Below, piece by piece: positions 1 to 12,980 of a stretch of 64,000 nt of DNA. A program made the position numbers and the translations under genes. Numbering within the stretch: position 1 is the stretch's first letter; each line of letters starts with the position of its first letter. The DNA is taken from the NCBI GenBank assembly GCA_964016885.1, contig OZ024740.1, positions 268,212,001 through 268,276,000 on the forward strand, written 5' to 3'. The notes under the pieces are model-generated. The model made no database searches, was not told the origin of the DNA, and saw only the letters and a program-made list of their open reading frames with translations. Source of the DNA: Eledone cirrhosa (lineage: Eukaryota).

Positions 1-229
1 AGACACTTAACATAATTCTCAGGGTGATTCAACATGACGCTATGTGTGCCAGAGCTGGTTACTTGAAATACATGTACAATTCATGTATGAGAATTGAGTG
101 GAATGCAGTGGAGCAACAGGAAATAAAGTATTTTGCTCAAAGTCACAACACGCAGCTCAGTCCTGCTATCGAACGCCCGACCTTAGACTACTGAGCTGAA
201 CAATCTAACCACTAAGCCACACACATCCA
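1..229 (-). mobile_element. tRNA-derived SINE (diverged; head family shared with 5778-6068 and 38992-39262)
   Basis: Reverse complement begins TGGATGTGTGTGGCTTAGTGGTTAG (A box)...GTTCGATAGC (B box-like), then GTGTTGTGACTTTGAGCAAAATAC, resembling the head and centre of 38992-39262. Confidence 0.6.
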
Positions 230-420
230 CAAGAAGTAGTAGATAATGCAAGAAAACCAACCAGACAATATCAAAGTGAATATTCTTAATTTAAATTTAC
301 AGAATTCTGTTTTGATTTTTTTCAAGTATTTAATTCAACTCGCTTTCTCTTCTCATGATATACATTGTTTACTTAGGCACTTTTATTAATACTATTACTT
401 TCCTTATTAATGGTTTAAGA

Positions 421-640
421 GTACGGTGGATTGGCAGTATCGGTAGAGGGTTGGACGCTATGCTTTGCAGCATAGAGTTACGGTCCTTTATGATCTGAGG
501 TCAAATCCCACCGAGGTTAACTTTGGCTTTCATCCTTAGGTTGGTCGATAAAATAAAGTACTAGTTACGCACTAGGGTCGATTTAATTGACTTTCCCCTC
601 CCAAGAAAATTGCTGGCCTTGTGCCTATATAAGAAACCAT
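421..640 (+). mobile_element. tRNA-derived SINE, octopus OR-like family
   Basis: GGTGGATTGGCAGTATCGGTAGAG...GGTCAAATCCCACCGAGGTTAACTTTGGCTTTCATCC...GTCGATAAAATAAAGTAC...AATTGCTGGCCTTGTGCC; same family at 36324, 40627, 47066, 51437. Confidence 0.8.
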
Positions 641-1669
641 TATTTTATTAGGCACTTTTGTCAATGTGATGTTTCTCTATATTCTTAGTTCATTTCTCTT
701 CACCCTCTCCTTAAAAGAAAAGGACAGGTACACAAATATTTTGGCGATCATTTAGTAGAAAGTGAGTTAAAAGAATGTTAATAATATCTTTAATAACGTC
801 CGAAAAAATAATATACTAATTGATAGTGTCTTACTTTATGATCCGTTGTGATGCTTGACATCTCAAGGGGAAATAGTTAAGTCTACGGAATTGGAACATA
901 CGAATTGATGACTCAAGCACCCGTGACTCCCATTTGTTGTTTCACAATAACACCATTTCTCACGAGGGAAACTATTTGGTTAAGAGCGATAGTGAGATTA
1001 TTTCACAAAGCGAGAGCTGGCATTTGGTTATTTAGCGCCCTAGACTAAACCTACTATGTGCGTCCCCTACTTCCAATTTTGCGCCCTATTCCCTCAAATA
1101 GATAATTTCAACTTACAGTTTGGCAGACTGACACAGATACTTCTTGCTCTAAATATGCCCTCAAAATTATTGAGCTTGCTCCTGGCCACAGTCACCTACG
1201 CTATATCATGTTACAGGTTATAAACAACTATACGAGGTTTTCCGCCATATTGAATATTTCCACAATTCTGCTAAACGATAAAGATGTTAAAATGATTATT
1301 TATTGATCGTATGAATTTATTATATATTTAAGTTAATGATACATAAGTGTATCAAATTGCGATCCTTTAAAATTCTCTAATGCGCCTCTCTGAGGTCTGT
1401 AACTGAGGCGGAAGCCTAGCTACCCAAATGTTAGCGCTGGTCCTGCATAGAGCACGGTTGTGTCTTACACGTCATTCAAAGAGAATTATCAAACCACTTA
1501 AAAACCTAATTTGTAAGTTTGTTATCATAGCGAATTGTATAAATATAATATCAAATTTCATGTAGCTATACTGTACTTATTAATTTTTGCCGATTTTACA
1601 ATCTCATAAGTTCATTTTTATTTTCCTTAAAGGAAGATGAATGTTGTGGTTCTATCTTCCTTAGAATAT

Positions 1670-2010
1670 CTTCTTCTTCTTCTTCTTCTTCTTCTTCTTC
1701 TTCTTCTTCTTCTTCTTCTTCTTCTTCTGTTTTTTGGGACAGACTCGTCTAACACGCCTTCTAGACACAACCGTCTCCAGTTGATCCGGCTGGATCGCCA
1801 AGCGAGAACAGCCAAGACCATGGATATTATCTGTCCATCTTTCTAAGGGTCTATTTTTGTGTCTCCTGCCAGGTTGGTTTTTCTAACCACATGCTCCTAA
1901 TGTTGGAGCTCTGCTATCTGTTAGGCGAATACTCTCCCATATTTAAACTGTATATTGCACTGTAACTAAATTAAATAAAGCCTGAGTATACGTTTCCTAT
2001 TTCTTACGAC
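1670..2010 (-). mobile_element. Decayed RTE-type LINE 3' end with (AAG)n tail
   Basis: Minus-strand remnants HVVRKTNLA / RWTDNI / RINWRRL resemble RTE C-termini and run into (CTT)n at about 1670-1727 on the plus strand. Confidence 0.45.
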
Positions 2011-2360
2011 AGTCATACCATATCTTTTCCCCAAATATATTCCCTTTAAAATGGAAGGTTTCTGCTTAAGAAAAGTAAAGAAAACAATCATTATTATTTA
2101 TGTCCACAAACTTCGAGCTTATCGATTGATTCTATTTCAGCTGTCATTGCAATTATTTCAATCAAAGCGGATGTCTAAAGTGAAACAAATATACAGAAAA
2201 AAAAATGACAAAAACACGAAGTGGACAATCAATACGGTTAATTATTAACTGACACAGATATATGAGTGTCTGATCATATACATACATATATACATATAAG
2301 TATGGGTGTGTGTGTATATACATATCATATATATATACACACTCATATATACACACACGC

Positions 2361-2397
<37 letters not shown>

Positions 2398-2613
2398 CAA
2401 CCGGAAGTAAAGTATAGTAGATACTTTAACTCGGTTAGCTGAAACCAATTCGCTTATATACTGGCTTTAGTTAACCGAATTAATCTCTCTTTCTCTCTCT
2501 CCTTCCCCTTCTCTCTCTCTCTATATATAATATATATATATATATATGAGTGTGTATGTATATATATGTATATATGAGTGTGTATATGTGTGTGTGTGTG
2601 TACGAATATGTGA

Positions 2614-2654
<41 letters not shown>

Positions 2655-3269
2655 GACACAGACATATGTATATAAGAAGATGAAGCTACTTAAATCGTTA
2701 CTCAATAATGGATCAATGGGTTTTAGAATTGGTGATATTATCATTCCTTAAACACCAAACTTTGGATACCGAAATGACATGGCGTCTCGATGTATACCCA
2801 TATCCGGGGAAACAATTTTTAATAGGATTTTCAATAATCTTAATATCAAATTTATTTGATGGTTATTTGTAAGAGAAGTGTTAAATCGATAATGTAATGC
2901 TTTAAAAAGGTACATACCGCTGAATAGGCAGATATTAGTGTTGCTACAATTACATTAAAAACAAGACCCTTCTGTGATTCTACTGAAATGTTTTCTTTTG
3001 TCTATACTGGTTAAGGAAGCAATGAATAATTTGGTGCAACTTTAACTCACCATAGCTTTTTTTATATTATAGAAAAATGCTTATATATATAAGGTTTAGA
3101 AAAATCCCCAAATGTACGTTTAAGCTATACGGTGGATTATACCACAACATATTTTGTTTTCTAATTTTGTCCTGATATATTTCTGTTGCCTCTAACATTG
3201 CTGACACGCAGAATCAGCTTAAGATCCCACATCCTATACATACACACACACACGCACACATATATATAT

Positions 3270-3555
3270 CAGGATGTAGGCGGTAAAAAACAATTAGACC
3301 ATTACTCACCAGAGTACTCGATACTCGGGGTAGTAGAGTGGATAATATGAAAATGCATTTTTCATATAAATATATATATATATATACGAAGGAATTGTGG
3401 TAAGGAACTAGACTACACAATACTTAGGGTAGTAGAGTGGGTAATAGGAAAAGGTAAGACTCCGACGGCAGAACTCAAGCCGTTTCGACGGCTATTTCTA
3501 GACTAGAAATACCCGTCGAAACGGCTTGCGCTCTGCCGTCGGGGTCTTACCTTTT

Positions 3556-3560
<5 letters not shown>
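3270..3560. mobile_element. TA-flanked palindromic (foldback/MITE-like) element fragments; near-perfect hairpin at 3444-3560
   Basis: ATAGGAAAAGGTAAGACTCCGACGGCAGA...CTAG-A-CTAG...TCTGCCGTCGGGGTCTTACCTTTTCCTAT; the motif CCAGAGTACTCGATACT..GGGT.GTAGA.TGG.TAATA.GAAAA is shared with 13014-13256. Confidence 0.65.
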
Positions 3561-3617
<57 letters not shown>

Positions 3618-3861
3618 TCGTCGGTTTCTGGGTCCCAATTAATTCAGCCTGTCATGAGAAAAATATAAAAACAAAGATGGCCGCTGTTGTCACTGGAATA
3701 GGTATTCCGATTGTTTTTTTTTACTAAACAGACAAACGATTTAAACTTGCGAAGTATTATCAATACGTCAAGCTCGTACTATATGAAATGATTCTCTCCA
3801 GCAGATATTTGATCAGCAAAATACATATAAACTATAGCTTAGACTTGTCTCAATACCGAAT

Positions 3862-3923
3862 AAATAGACGTCACTGAAGATGGATAAAAATCCCGAAACT
3901 ACTAATTTAGTCCGTGACCTATT
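3862..3923 (+). ncRNA. Hammerhead ribozyme-like motif (type I, degenerate)
   Basis: GTCA-CTGAAGA-TGGAT-AAAA-ATCC-C-GAAACTA-ctaatt-TAGTC-cg-TGAC; core boxes, stem II and stem III with a GUC triplet; stem I register imperfect. Confidence 0.5.
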
Positions 3924-4095
3924 GGAACCTGTATCATACTCGAGGATTTAACATCTGAAATATTGTATCACACGATTCTATTAAACACGCTGAGAAAAAA
4001 ATTTGGTAAGCTGTAATTTCACTAATATCTGTATAATCATTCTACGTGTTTGATTTAACCAACACAAAGGAAAAAGTGAAATCTCTTATATTCTG

Positions 4096-4234
<139 letters not shown>

Positions 4235-4809
4235 TAGATATATATATACAAAATTTAGTACAGCATCAACGAAGCTCTGGTTGCAGCCAAGCTAACGAAT
4301 GCAGTCCCGGTGTGCAGCTAAGCACTCAATAGGATATATAACCGTAGAGTTTTAACATTACGTTTAGACAGCTTTGCAAATTGAAGACGGCGACCGATAG
4401 ACGAGCCGCATTGACCATAGCGATGAAAAAGACTGAACTCAGGAAAATATGTTTGACTAACCTGGACAGTAACGTCGACATCATACACAACACATAATAT
4501 ATACCATATAATATACATCACATATAATCCGCTAGGTTTCTGTAAATCCGAAATCGACAAAATCCATTTGCAGGGGTCTGCAAGTTAATGGTTTTTGAAG
4601 ATTGAACAATGGAGTTTACTTCGTCAACAAGTTTTTCCTTCTCGTCCGCTCGGTGTGAATGCTAGAGTAAGCGCTGCTAGCAAGCACATGGTTTCCCCAA
4701 AGGAAGGTAACCCCCGATTTTGGCGGTCAATTCAAATTTGGAACAAAGGAATAAAATTCCTTTACACAAACCAAATTAAGCACTCAACTAAAAGTTATCA
4801 AAGAAACAT

Positions 4810-4929
<120 letters not shown>

Positions 4930-5201
4930 CAAATTATAAAATAAGAAGAAATAGTAGACACAGATATATACCTATTTTTTTCTTCAATGTCGCGACTGTA
5001 CGGTTTCGCTGGTCAGTATGCAACAATCTTATACCATAGAGATGCAAAATTGTTGTGAGGTAAGTCAGCTTTTCAAGGGAACACCTCGGGAAAAGAGCGC
5101 TTCCAGACGCGAGAAAATCTCAAAAAGGCGGAGGGAGATATTGATATGATACCGAGCGAGGCTACAGAGGGGTGGTAAGGTTGACTGAAAGTGTTTATAG
5201 T

Positions 5202-5280
<79 letters not shown>

Positions 5281-5777
5281 CATATGTACATATATGCTAG
5301 TTTTCCCGTTGTTTGCTAGTGATACTGATCATTATAAAAATAAAATAAAATATGGTACAACTCTGCAAATTCATTAGCGTTTTGTTATTTTCCTTTTTAT
5401 TTTAGTTGCTATATTTTCTTTTTCGTCTATTGTCTCGTTGTATTCTCGTTTGTCATTGTGTCTCTGAAGACAATCACCACTCCTACGTTAATTAACACAG
5501 TAACTGAGGCAATTTCTCATATAAATAAGAAAACAAGATTTTTGTTTAAACAAATGCACTACAACTATAGGCATAATAAACGCTAGAAATACGTTTTATT
5601 ATTAGTTTTGTATACTCGATTAGAATTGGAGCGACTTTACAAATATTTTACGTCCATTGTCACTTTATATTATCCTCCGTTTTTTTTTTCAGCTGTGATT
5701 AGTTTCTAATAATATTTCTAACGATTGGGTTTCACTATCTAATAATAACAATACTAACAAGGAAAATTGTCAGTGTT

Positions 5778-6068
5778 TAAGTCTTTCTGGAGCCCTAGGG
5801 CTCATCAGGCTGGTGGTTATCTCGATTTTCGTCGAGTTAAGCAACTGAGAGTACAAAAATTCCCCCGAGCAGAACGCAAGTCCATCACAGGGTTATACTC
5901 CTAGATATTGCTGATATTCATCTTCAGCTGAGTATATTGGATCAATGTGAAATGATGAGTTTTACTCAAGAACACAACTCATAAACAAGTCCAGGAATTG
6001 AACCCATGAGTTGAACGTACATTATGATCGTAAGTCTAACAACCTTGCCACTAGACCACGCGCCTCCA
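5778..6068 (-). mobile_element. tRNA-derived SINE, reverse copy of the 38992-39262 family
   Basis: Reverse complement begins TGGAGGCGCGTGGTCTAGTGGCAAGG (A box), GGGTTCAATTCCTGG (B box) and ends ...CCTGATGAGCCCTAGGGCTCCAGAAAGACTT. Confidence 0.75.
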
Positions 6069-7412
6069 CAGTGTTATTTGAGCCTCGGTAAAATATCTTG
6101 CAGTATTTGCGCTATATGTTAAAATTTCACCGCGATCAGCTTTGTCTGCCATCCTTTCGAAACCAATAAATGAAATAAAAGTCCAGGGCTGTGGATTGGT
6201 AGAATTGGGAGAACGTTGGACTGGATTCCTTGTGGTACGTTTTCTTGGTTTTGTCTAAATTCTGAATTCAAATCCAACCTACTTTTGTCTGGAATATAGT
6301 TGTATGATAAATCTGATAAACATGTTAAACATTCAAGATCAAGACATTTTCTATGAAATGTAATCTAATAGACAACTGACAAAGCTTATGCCAGTGTGAG
6401 CCTAATTGATTGTATTGGGCAAAACGCCGAGTTGGTAAAAGGATAGCTGCTCGTTTCAAGAAACATTTAGAATATGACTTTCTCCACCTTCTCCGTCATT
6501 TTAGAGACTGTGAATCTTGTTGCACTTGTTGCTTCTCCAGAGACACGCCGCTGGAAAGTGTCGTTCACTTTCATTTTCCCCCTTTTGAATGCCCGTGTAT
6601 TCTGTGTAACTCTATTGTTCTTTTCGTTGGAGAACAGTGACATTCTGTCCAGTCAAATTCTTTGGGGGAGAATCTGGCTATTAATAAAAAAAAAATTAAA
6701 AAAATTGTCCGAGACGACGAAACTTTCACGTCTGTAACAAAATCTGACAGATCCAAAATTCTAAGGGGTGTCCATCTATATATCTATATATTAATTTCAA
6801 CAATGTCAGTATTCCGTGTGTCATAATTCTCGATTATCATTGGTTCATAGGTTTCAAACGACTCCGCCCACCTCAACGACGCCAAACTTAAATTAATATG
6901 CATAATGCCAATGAGGGAGTGAGAGGGGAGAGTAAGATACAGAGAGGCAAAGTGTTGGATACACTATGTATATGTGTCAGTGTAGAGACATGTGTGTGTG
7001 TGATGTGTGTGGAAATAAGAGGGGAAGGAAAGCAAGAACTATTAACATGTGTGTGTGTATGTACGTGCGCGTATGTTTATGTGTGTGTGTGTGTGCGTGC
7101 AGCGTTCCACAGAAAGTAAAACCTATCAACATGTGTGAGTGTGTGCGTGTGTGTAAGTGCACGGGAGCGTGTGTAAGTTTGCGTGCGTGTGCGCGTTTCC
7201 ATGCGTGTATGTGTGTGTACGTGCGGCGTTCCACAATTGCCACGCAGTTTATCTGTCTGTGTGCCTGTCTGTCAGTCTAATATACACAGAGTTGTGAAGG
7301 GAGTAAATTAGATAAGTATGTTATCCATATCCATAATAAGTTGGAATTTGCATAAACCATTTCAAGTAAATAGGGATCTTTTTTACATTGACAGACATCT
7401 TTTATATTAATT

Positions 7413-7774
7413 ATCTATATCTATATCTACATATAATATAAAAGATTGGAACGTCCATCATCCTTTTGATAAACATCGAACAACCACATCTATGCAATGA
7501 TACACGTTTTACAGTCAGGCAGAAACTGAACCATCTCCTAGAGGTCACTATTCTAAGTGGGAGCACCTAGAATTGTTCATATACTATGCACAAAAGGTAC
7601 AACGAAGAATCTGGTATATCTGGAAGATTTTTTTAAACTGTTTTCTTTAATCACACAGACACCACGGACTCGCCTCATACTGTAATCAGACAAACATCTA
7701 ATACAGTCATTTTTTCTTTTACCTCTCTTCTCTTATCATCTGTTTACCCGGGCGAAGCTGGGTACGTCAGCTAG
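7413..7774 (+). mobile_element. Non-autonomous Helitron-like element
   Basis: Starts TCTATATC...ATAAAAG; ends with GC hairpin TACCCGGGCGAAGCTGGGTA followed by CTAG|T. Confidence 0.5.
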
Positions 7775-8362
7775 TATATATAAAAGCGAGGATGTGTGTG
7801 TGTCTGTGGACAAATTTCGACACCTAAGGCTTTTACAATTCCCAACCGAATTTGACCAAATTTTCTGTGCACGTTGCACCTGTTTCTAAGATGGTCACAT
7901 CACAAATTCTTTTCAAATGGACCCATGTTGAGCAATAAAAATCGATAGCAAAATTATCGATAGCAAAATTATTTTTTCTAAAGTGCATGATGTAAGGGAG
8001 ATAACAATGAAGACAAAATCCTTATGGGATTTTCCATGCAAATTAAAAGTTGCAGTTACTTTTACATTTTTCGAGCTTTTTTTTACCAAATGTCAGGCAG
8101 GCATTATCTATGCTTCCAGGATATTGTGAATTTATTAAAAAAACTATTATTACAATGAAGAAATCCGTTAAAACAAAATTTTCCTTCATTATCAGCATAG
8201 TTTTATGTGTACAAAGATTGCAATAAATATTCGTTTGCATTAATTATTGAAGACTTCTGCTTATTTTGACAGGTTGGGTCAAATAATTTTCTTCTTTTAC
8301 TTTCTAGCTGTATATTCTTAGCATAATTTCAAACCCCGGGCAACGCCGGGTAAATCTGCTAG
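7775..8362 (+). mobile_element. Non-autonomous Helitron-like element (abuts the previous one)
   Basis: 5' TATATATAAAAGCGAGGATGTGTGTGTGTCTG; 3' hairpin CCCGGGCAACGCCGGG followed by CTAG|T. Confidence 0.55.
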
Positions 8363-8469
8363 TTGTTTATGAAATAATCCAAATGTTTCAGAAAAAAACC
8401 CTTTCATTTACACGTGAATAAATCCAAATCATCAGAACTCGAGAGAATACGTCTCATTAATTCGGCAAC

Positions 8470-8660
8470 AATTTGTGGAGAGGGGTAAGTCAATTAAATC
8501 GAGCTCAGTGCTCTATTGGTACTTTATATCATTGACTCTGGAAGGATAAAAAATATATCGACTTTGACGAGAATTGAACTCAGAATGTAGACGGTCGTAA
8601 TCAAATAACGCAAGGCATTTTGTCCTATGTTCTAACAGTTCTACCAATTCACCATCCTAA
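8470..8660 (-). mobile_element. Diverged OR-like SINE
   Basis: GGTACTTTATATCATTGACTCTGGAAGGATAAAA...GAATTGAACTCAGAA...CTACCAATTCACC matches the family in reverse orientation. Confidence 0.55.
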
Positions 8661-8834
8661 TGGTACTGACGATGATGATGATGATAATGATAATTCAGTC
8701 ATCCATGCTTAAAATGTCCTACGGTTTATAATTTCCTTATTTTTCCATTTGGTTATTTATTCTTATTAGTTTTATTCAATATTATTACTGTTGGTCTTAT
8801 TTTTACTATTGTTATTATTTATAATAAGACAAAC

Positions 8835-8933
8835 TGACGTCAGAGTCGCCAAGGAAGCAAGCAACCGAGCTATATGATACGGTGTTTGTTTATTGTCGCA
8901 ATTTCACAGGTAACAGGACGTCTACTGACGTCA
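8835..8933. promoter_or_regulatory. Pair of perfect CRE palindromes (TGACGTCA)
   Basis: TGACGTCA at 8835-8842 and 8926-8933 in non-repetitive-looking sequence. Confidence 0.3.
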
Positions 8934-9445
8934 TACAAACACAAAAGTACGATCGCTCAAGGTGATAAGCCTTTCCGGTGACGGCCATCAACTCTTTCAC
9001 ATCAAAGCTCTAGATGTTATTAAGTATCCCAGCACTATGTTAGGCACTCGTTTTGCTGCAGTTAATTTTCCTTCTTTTCGTTTTCCTCTCTCACTCTTTT
9101 CACCACTCTTGATTTAGTAATTTGTTCTGAATTGATTTATTATTTATTTTGTTTATTTATTGTTTTCATTATATTTAGTAATCAATCTAACTGAATAATA
9201 ATGATAGGTTTCTAGTGTTCAATGTTATTTAACCGAGACAAGTTGTATTCTGAAAACAAATCGGGAAATCGGGAAAAAAAATCAAGAAATCGAGAAATCT
9301 GATCAAGATTATATTATAGTAACTGTTTTATTTATAGACAATTATATTCGGTTGGTTATTTTCTTTCTCTGTTAGTCTTTACATGGTTTAGTGAGTGTAA
9401 CGAGTTACATTTGTATTTGTAACATTTTTTCCTACTTCACATGAA

Positions 9446-9508
<63 letters not shown>

Positions 9509-9531
9509 ATATATATATATATATATATGTG

Positions 9532-9686
<155 letters not shown>

Positions 9687-9896
9687 GTATATATATATAT
9701 ATACATTCATGTATACGTCGTTAGTTCAGACCACCAATTCTAATATATATATATATATATATTGGAATTGGTGCTCTGAAATAGCGACGTATACATGAAT
9801 GTATGTACAGTGTATTTGGCAACACACTGTATGCTTAATTAAAAGCATTTTGAAGACCTTACGCAATTGTTTTGAAGTAGTGACTATATCACTATA

Positions 9897-10057
9897 GAAG
9901 AAGAAGAAGAAGAAGAAGAAGAAGAAGAAGAAGAAGAAGAAGAAGAAGAAGAAGAAGAAGAAGAAGAAGAAGAAGAAGAAGAAGAAGAAGAAGAAGAAGA
10001 AGAAGAAGAAGAAGAAGAAGAAGAAGAAGAAGAAGAAGAAGAAGAAGAAGAAGAAGA
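9897..10057. repeat. (AAG)n microsatellite, about 160 bp uninterrupted
   Basis: Directly visible. Confidence 0.95.
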
Positions 10058-10509
10058 ATGTTTCATAGATTTTGAAGAACAACTAATTTAGGTAGCACTC
10101 AATTGTCTTTATGAAAATTAATGAAGCGAAAGAAGAAAACTAAAACTCCGAAAGCAAAAATATGAGAAGTAGATCTTAAATATAAAAAAAGGAAAATATA
10201 CCAGAAAGTAGAAGCGAGAAAAAAATAATACTAAAGTATGATTTAATAGTTAAAATATGAATTAATAGTTAAAGTATGACTTAATAGTTAAATATTGCAA
10301 TTAAGATGTTTAGTGAGACTGATAATAGAGAATGGCTTGTAATTTAAACAGAAAAAGATAAATTGTGGTAGAATATATATATATAAAGCTCCAGATTGAA
10401 TAAGGATAAATATGTATCAAATATATAAGAACCCTAGAGCAAATATGAGTTTCAGAAGATCCCGTTAAGGGTGAAAGCAGCGATTCTTTACTTAAACTTT
10501 AATCTGTTA

Positions 10510-10564
<55 letters not shown>

Positions 10565-11389
10565 TAATAAAAATAATGAATAAAAACAAAGAAACAGTTC
10601 CTTATATTAAAAAATTCAACATTTTACGATCGTTTCTAGGATATATATGCTGTCTTCAGAAATAATGATATTTGTTTATTGAAAAAAAACAACAAAGATT
10701 TAATATAATAGGTCTGTTTGGGAACAGGTTTTAAATTGACCAATAGATAGGTAGTAAGTGGTCAAGTTGATAGAATAGTAGTAGTAGAAATTTAATTTAG
10801 GGGTAGAGGAATGCAGACTTCAGTTTTGAATGGAAAGAGTATTTTGAATGAAAAGATTACTTTGGGGATGAAAATAACCGGTGAAAGGTACACGAAAAAT
10901 TGATGTTATTAAAGAATAATGCTAATGTTAAAATCTAAGGAGAATAAAATTTTACGATAAATGTGTTAGTGAAAAATATCAATCTTATTTAAAACATAAG
11001 GAATTTAGATCTATAAAAAGAAAATAAATTAATTTAATTGATAGGTATATTTATATGGATAAATTTATATTAATTCATATAGATATGATAAATAAGAGTT
11101 AGATGTAATTAAAGAATGTTGTTAAAAACGAAGGAAAAATATTTTTTTGGTGGGGATAAATGTATTAGTGAAAAATAACAAACTTATATAGATTACAAGG
11201 AATATAGATTCATAACCTGAAATTAAAATAGTTTATATGTATACTTAATGGTATAAATTTTAGGAAAAGATAGCTGTAAAAGGGAAATAAAATGATGCAG
11301 TTCATTAGTAGTAGAATATTAATTATAGGTTAACTAATTTAAAAAAAAATTTTATTATAATAATTTGTAAAATATAAGTGTATATTAAT

Positions 11390-12268
11390 TAGGTTTATAA
11401 TATTTAAAAGTTTTTCTAATTCTATGATTACATGATATAATTAATTCTTGTCGCTTATTTAATAGGATATCCTCAGATTTCATTATTTCAAAAAGTTCCT
11501 GGGAACATAATCTACATTCCTACCTATTATTTTGATAAGGGGTGGCCCTTTTGAGCACACTCCAGGTCAGGTTATAATCGATATTCTTTTTTCTATAATT
11601 ATTAATTATTTCAGCTAAGGACGTTGTATTAGCTAATGCAGCATTTTTAAAACTGTGTTTGTGGGTATTAAATCTTACTTTAAATTGGTTAGAAGTAGCT
11701 CCTATATATAAATAAGTTGAGTCCTTAGTGTTAATTTTACATTTATATACTATGTTATTAATAAGGCAATTTCCTTTTAATGGGAAATTTGCTTTGTTTC
11801 TACAGTTACAACCTTTCGCGAATGTTATATCAGGGGAGTTAGTCAAATTAGGTGTGGAACTTTCTCGACTTGTTGTATGTGAATGAGATGGTGGTTTGCT
11901 GTGGTTTATTTTAGTATTATGGTTAGTTTGATGTATTGGTGGTATGTTTATGTTTTTCTTTTACATTTATATGAATTAAAGGCACTTATATTTTGTTGTA
12001 TATTTTTGGTTGTTGAGTAGGAGAATTTGACCGTTGATCTATTTAAAATTTGATGGTATTTATGGTTTGGCCGGAAGTTTTTCTCTAGGATAGTAACAAA
12101 TTTTTTAGGTATATTATCTTTAATTTGTAGATTAAATGGAGCATTATACCAAGTAACTCGTCTATTACGGTTTCGATGTTGTTTTTTATTTTTATACGAT
12201 GTATCCTGATGTTTACTAAGAGAATTAGTATTAGTGATTTTATTACACATATTTTTAGTTAGATTCAC
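11390..12268 (-). pseudogene. PLE linker plus GIY-YIG endonuclease, disrupted
   Basis: ORFs 11948-12268 and 11520-11846: CNCRNKANFPLKGNCLINNIVYKCKI...YLYIGATSNQFKVRFNTHKHSF...W; continues after a TAG as ECRLC...LLNKRQELIISCNH. Confidence 0.85.
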
Positions 12269-12655
12269 TGATTTAGGTGTTTTAGCCTGATTATTAGAAA
12301 TTTTGTTAGTAATGTTATTAACATATATTGGAATATTAGGATGAATGGTTTTTTGAAAGTTATTATATTGTATTTTAGAAGAGATAGAGAAATTAAGTTT
12401 TAAGTTGGTATTTTGGGGTATAGTGTTAGTGGCATTTAGGTGTGTATATTTTATTTGGTGTTTGTTGGTAATATTGGGTTGTATGTTTGTAGTATTATTG
12501 GTACAAGGTATATATACTAATTTGTTTTTGTGGCCGCTTCTAGCTAAAGCTTCGTTATAAAATACTTACTACCTTTCTATTGGTCAATTCAAAACCTGTT
12601 CCCAAACAGACCTTTTATATTAAATCTTTGTTGGTTTTTTTCAATAAACAAATAT

Positions 12656-12792
12656 CATTATTTCTGAAGACAGCATATATATGTGTAGGTATGTATATTC
12701 CCTCTGATAGTTTGTAAAAAAATTTACATAGATCTATATGATATACATACCAACACACACATATATATCCTAGAAACGATCGTAAAATGATG
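12656..12792 (+). ncRNA. Type I hammerhead ribozyme in PLE pseudo-LTR (mirror copy 10617-10667 on minus strand)
   Basis: Stem I CATTATTT/AAATGATG, CTGAAGA, long stem II hairpin, GAAACGATCGTA (palindromic stem III ACGATCGT, GUA cleavage triplet). Confidence 0.75.
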
Positions 12793-12980
12793 AATTTTTA
12801 ATATAAGGAACTGTTTCTTTGTTTTTATTCATTATTTTTATTAATTTATCTTGACTCTGTTTTCCTGTGTTTTTCATCGAAAAAAAAATTTTTGAATACA
12901 TCTTCTCTTTTCATGATATTTGGATTACATTGACTTCTTCATACGGATTGGACACTACCGTATATTTTGGTAGATTTATC

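Noticed and set aside
11518-11522. In-frame stops next to CxxC in both PLE endonucleases (also 25300-25305) as possible selenocysteine recoding
   Set aside because: The stops are TAG/TAA, not TGA, are at non-equivalent positions, and the copies carry other disabling mutations
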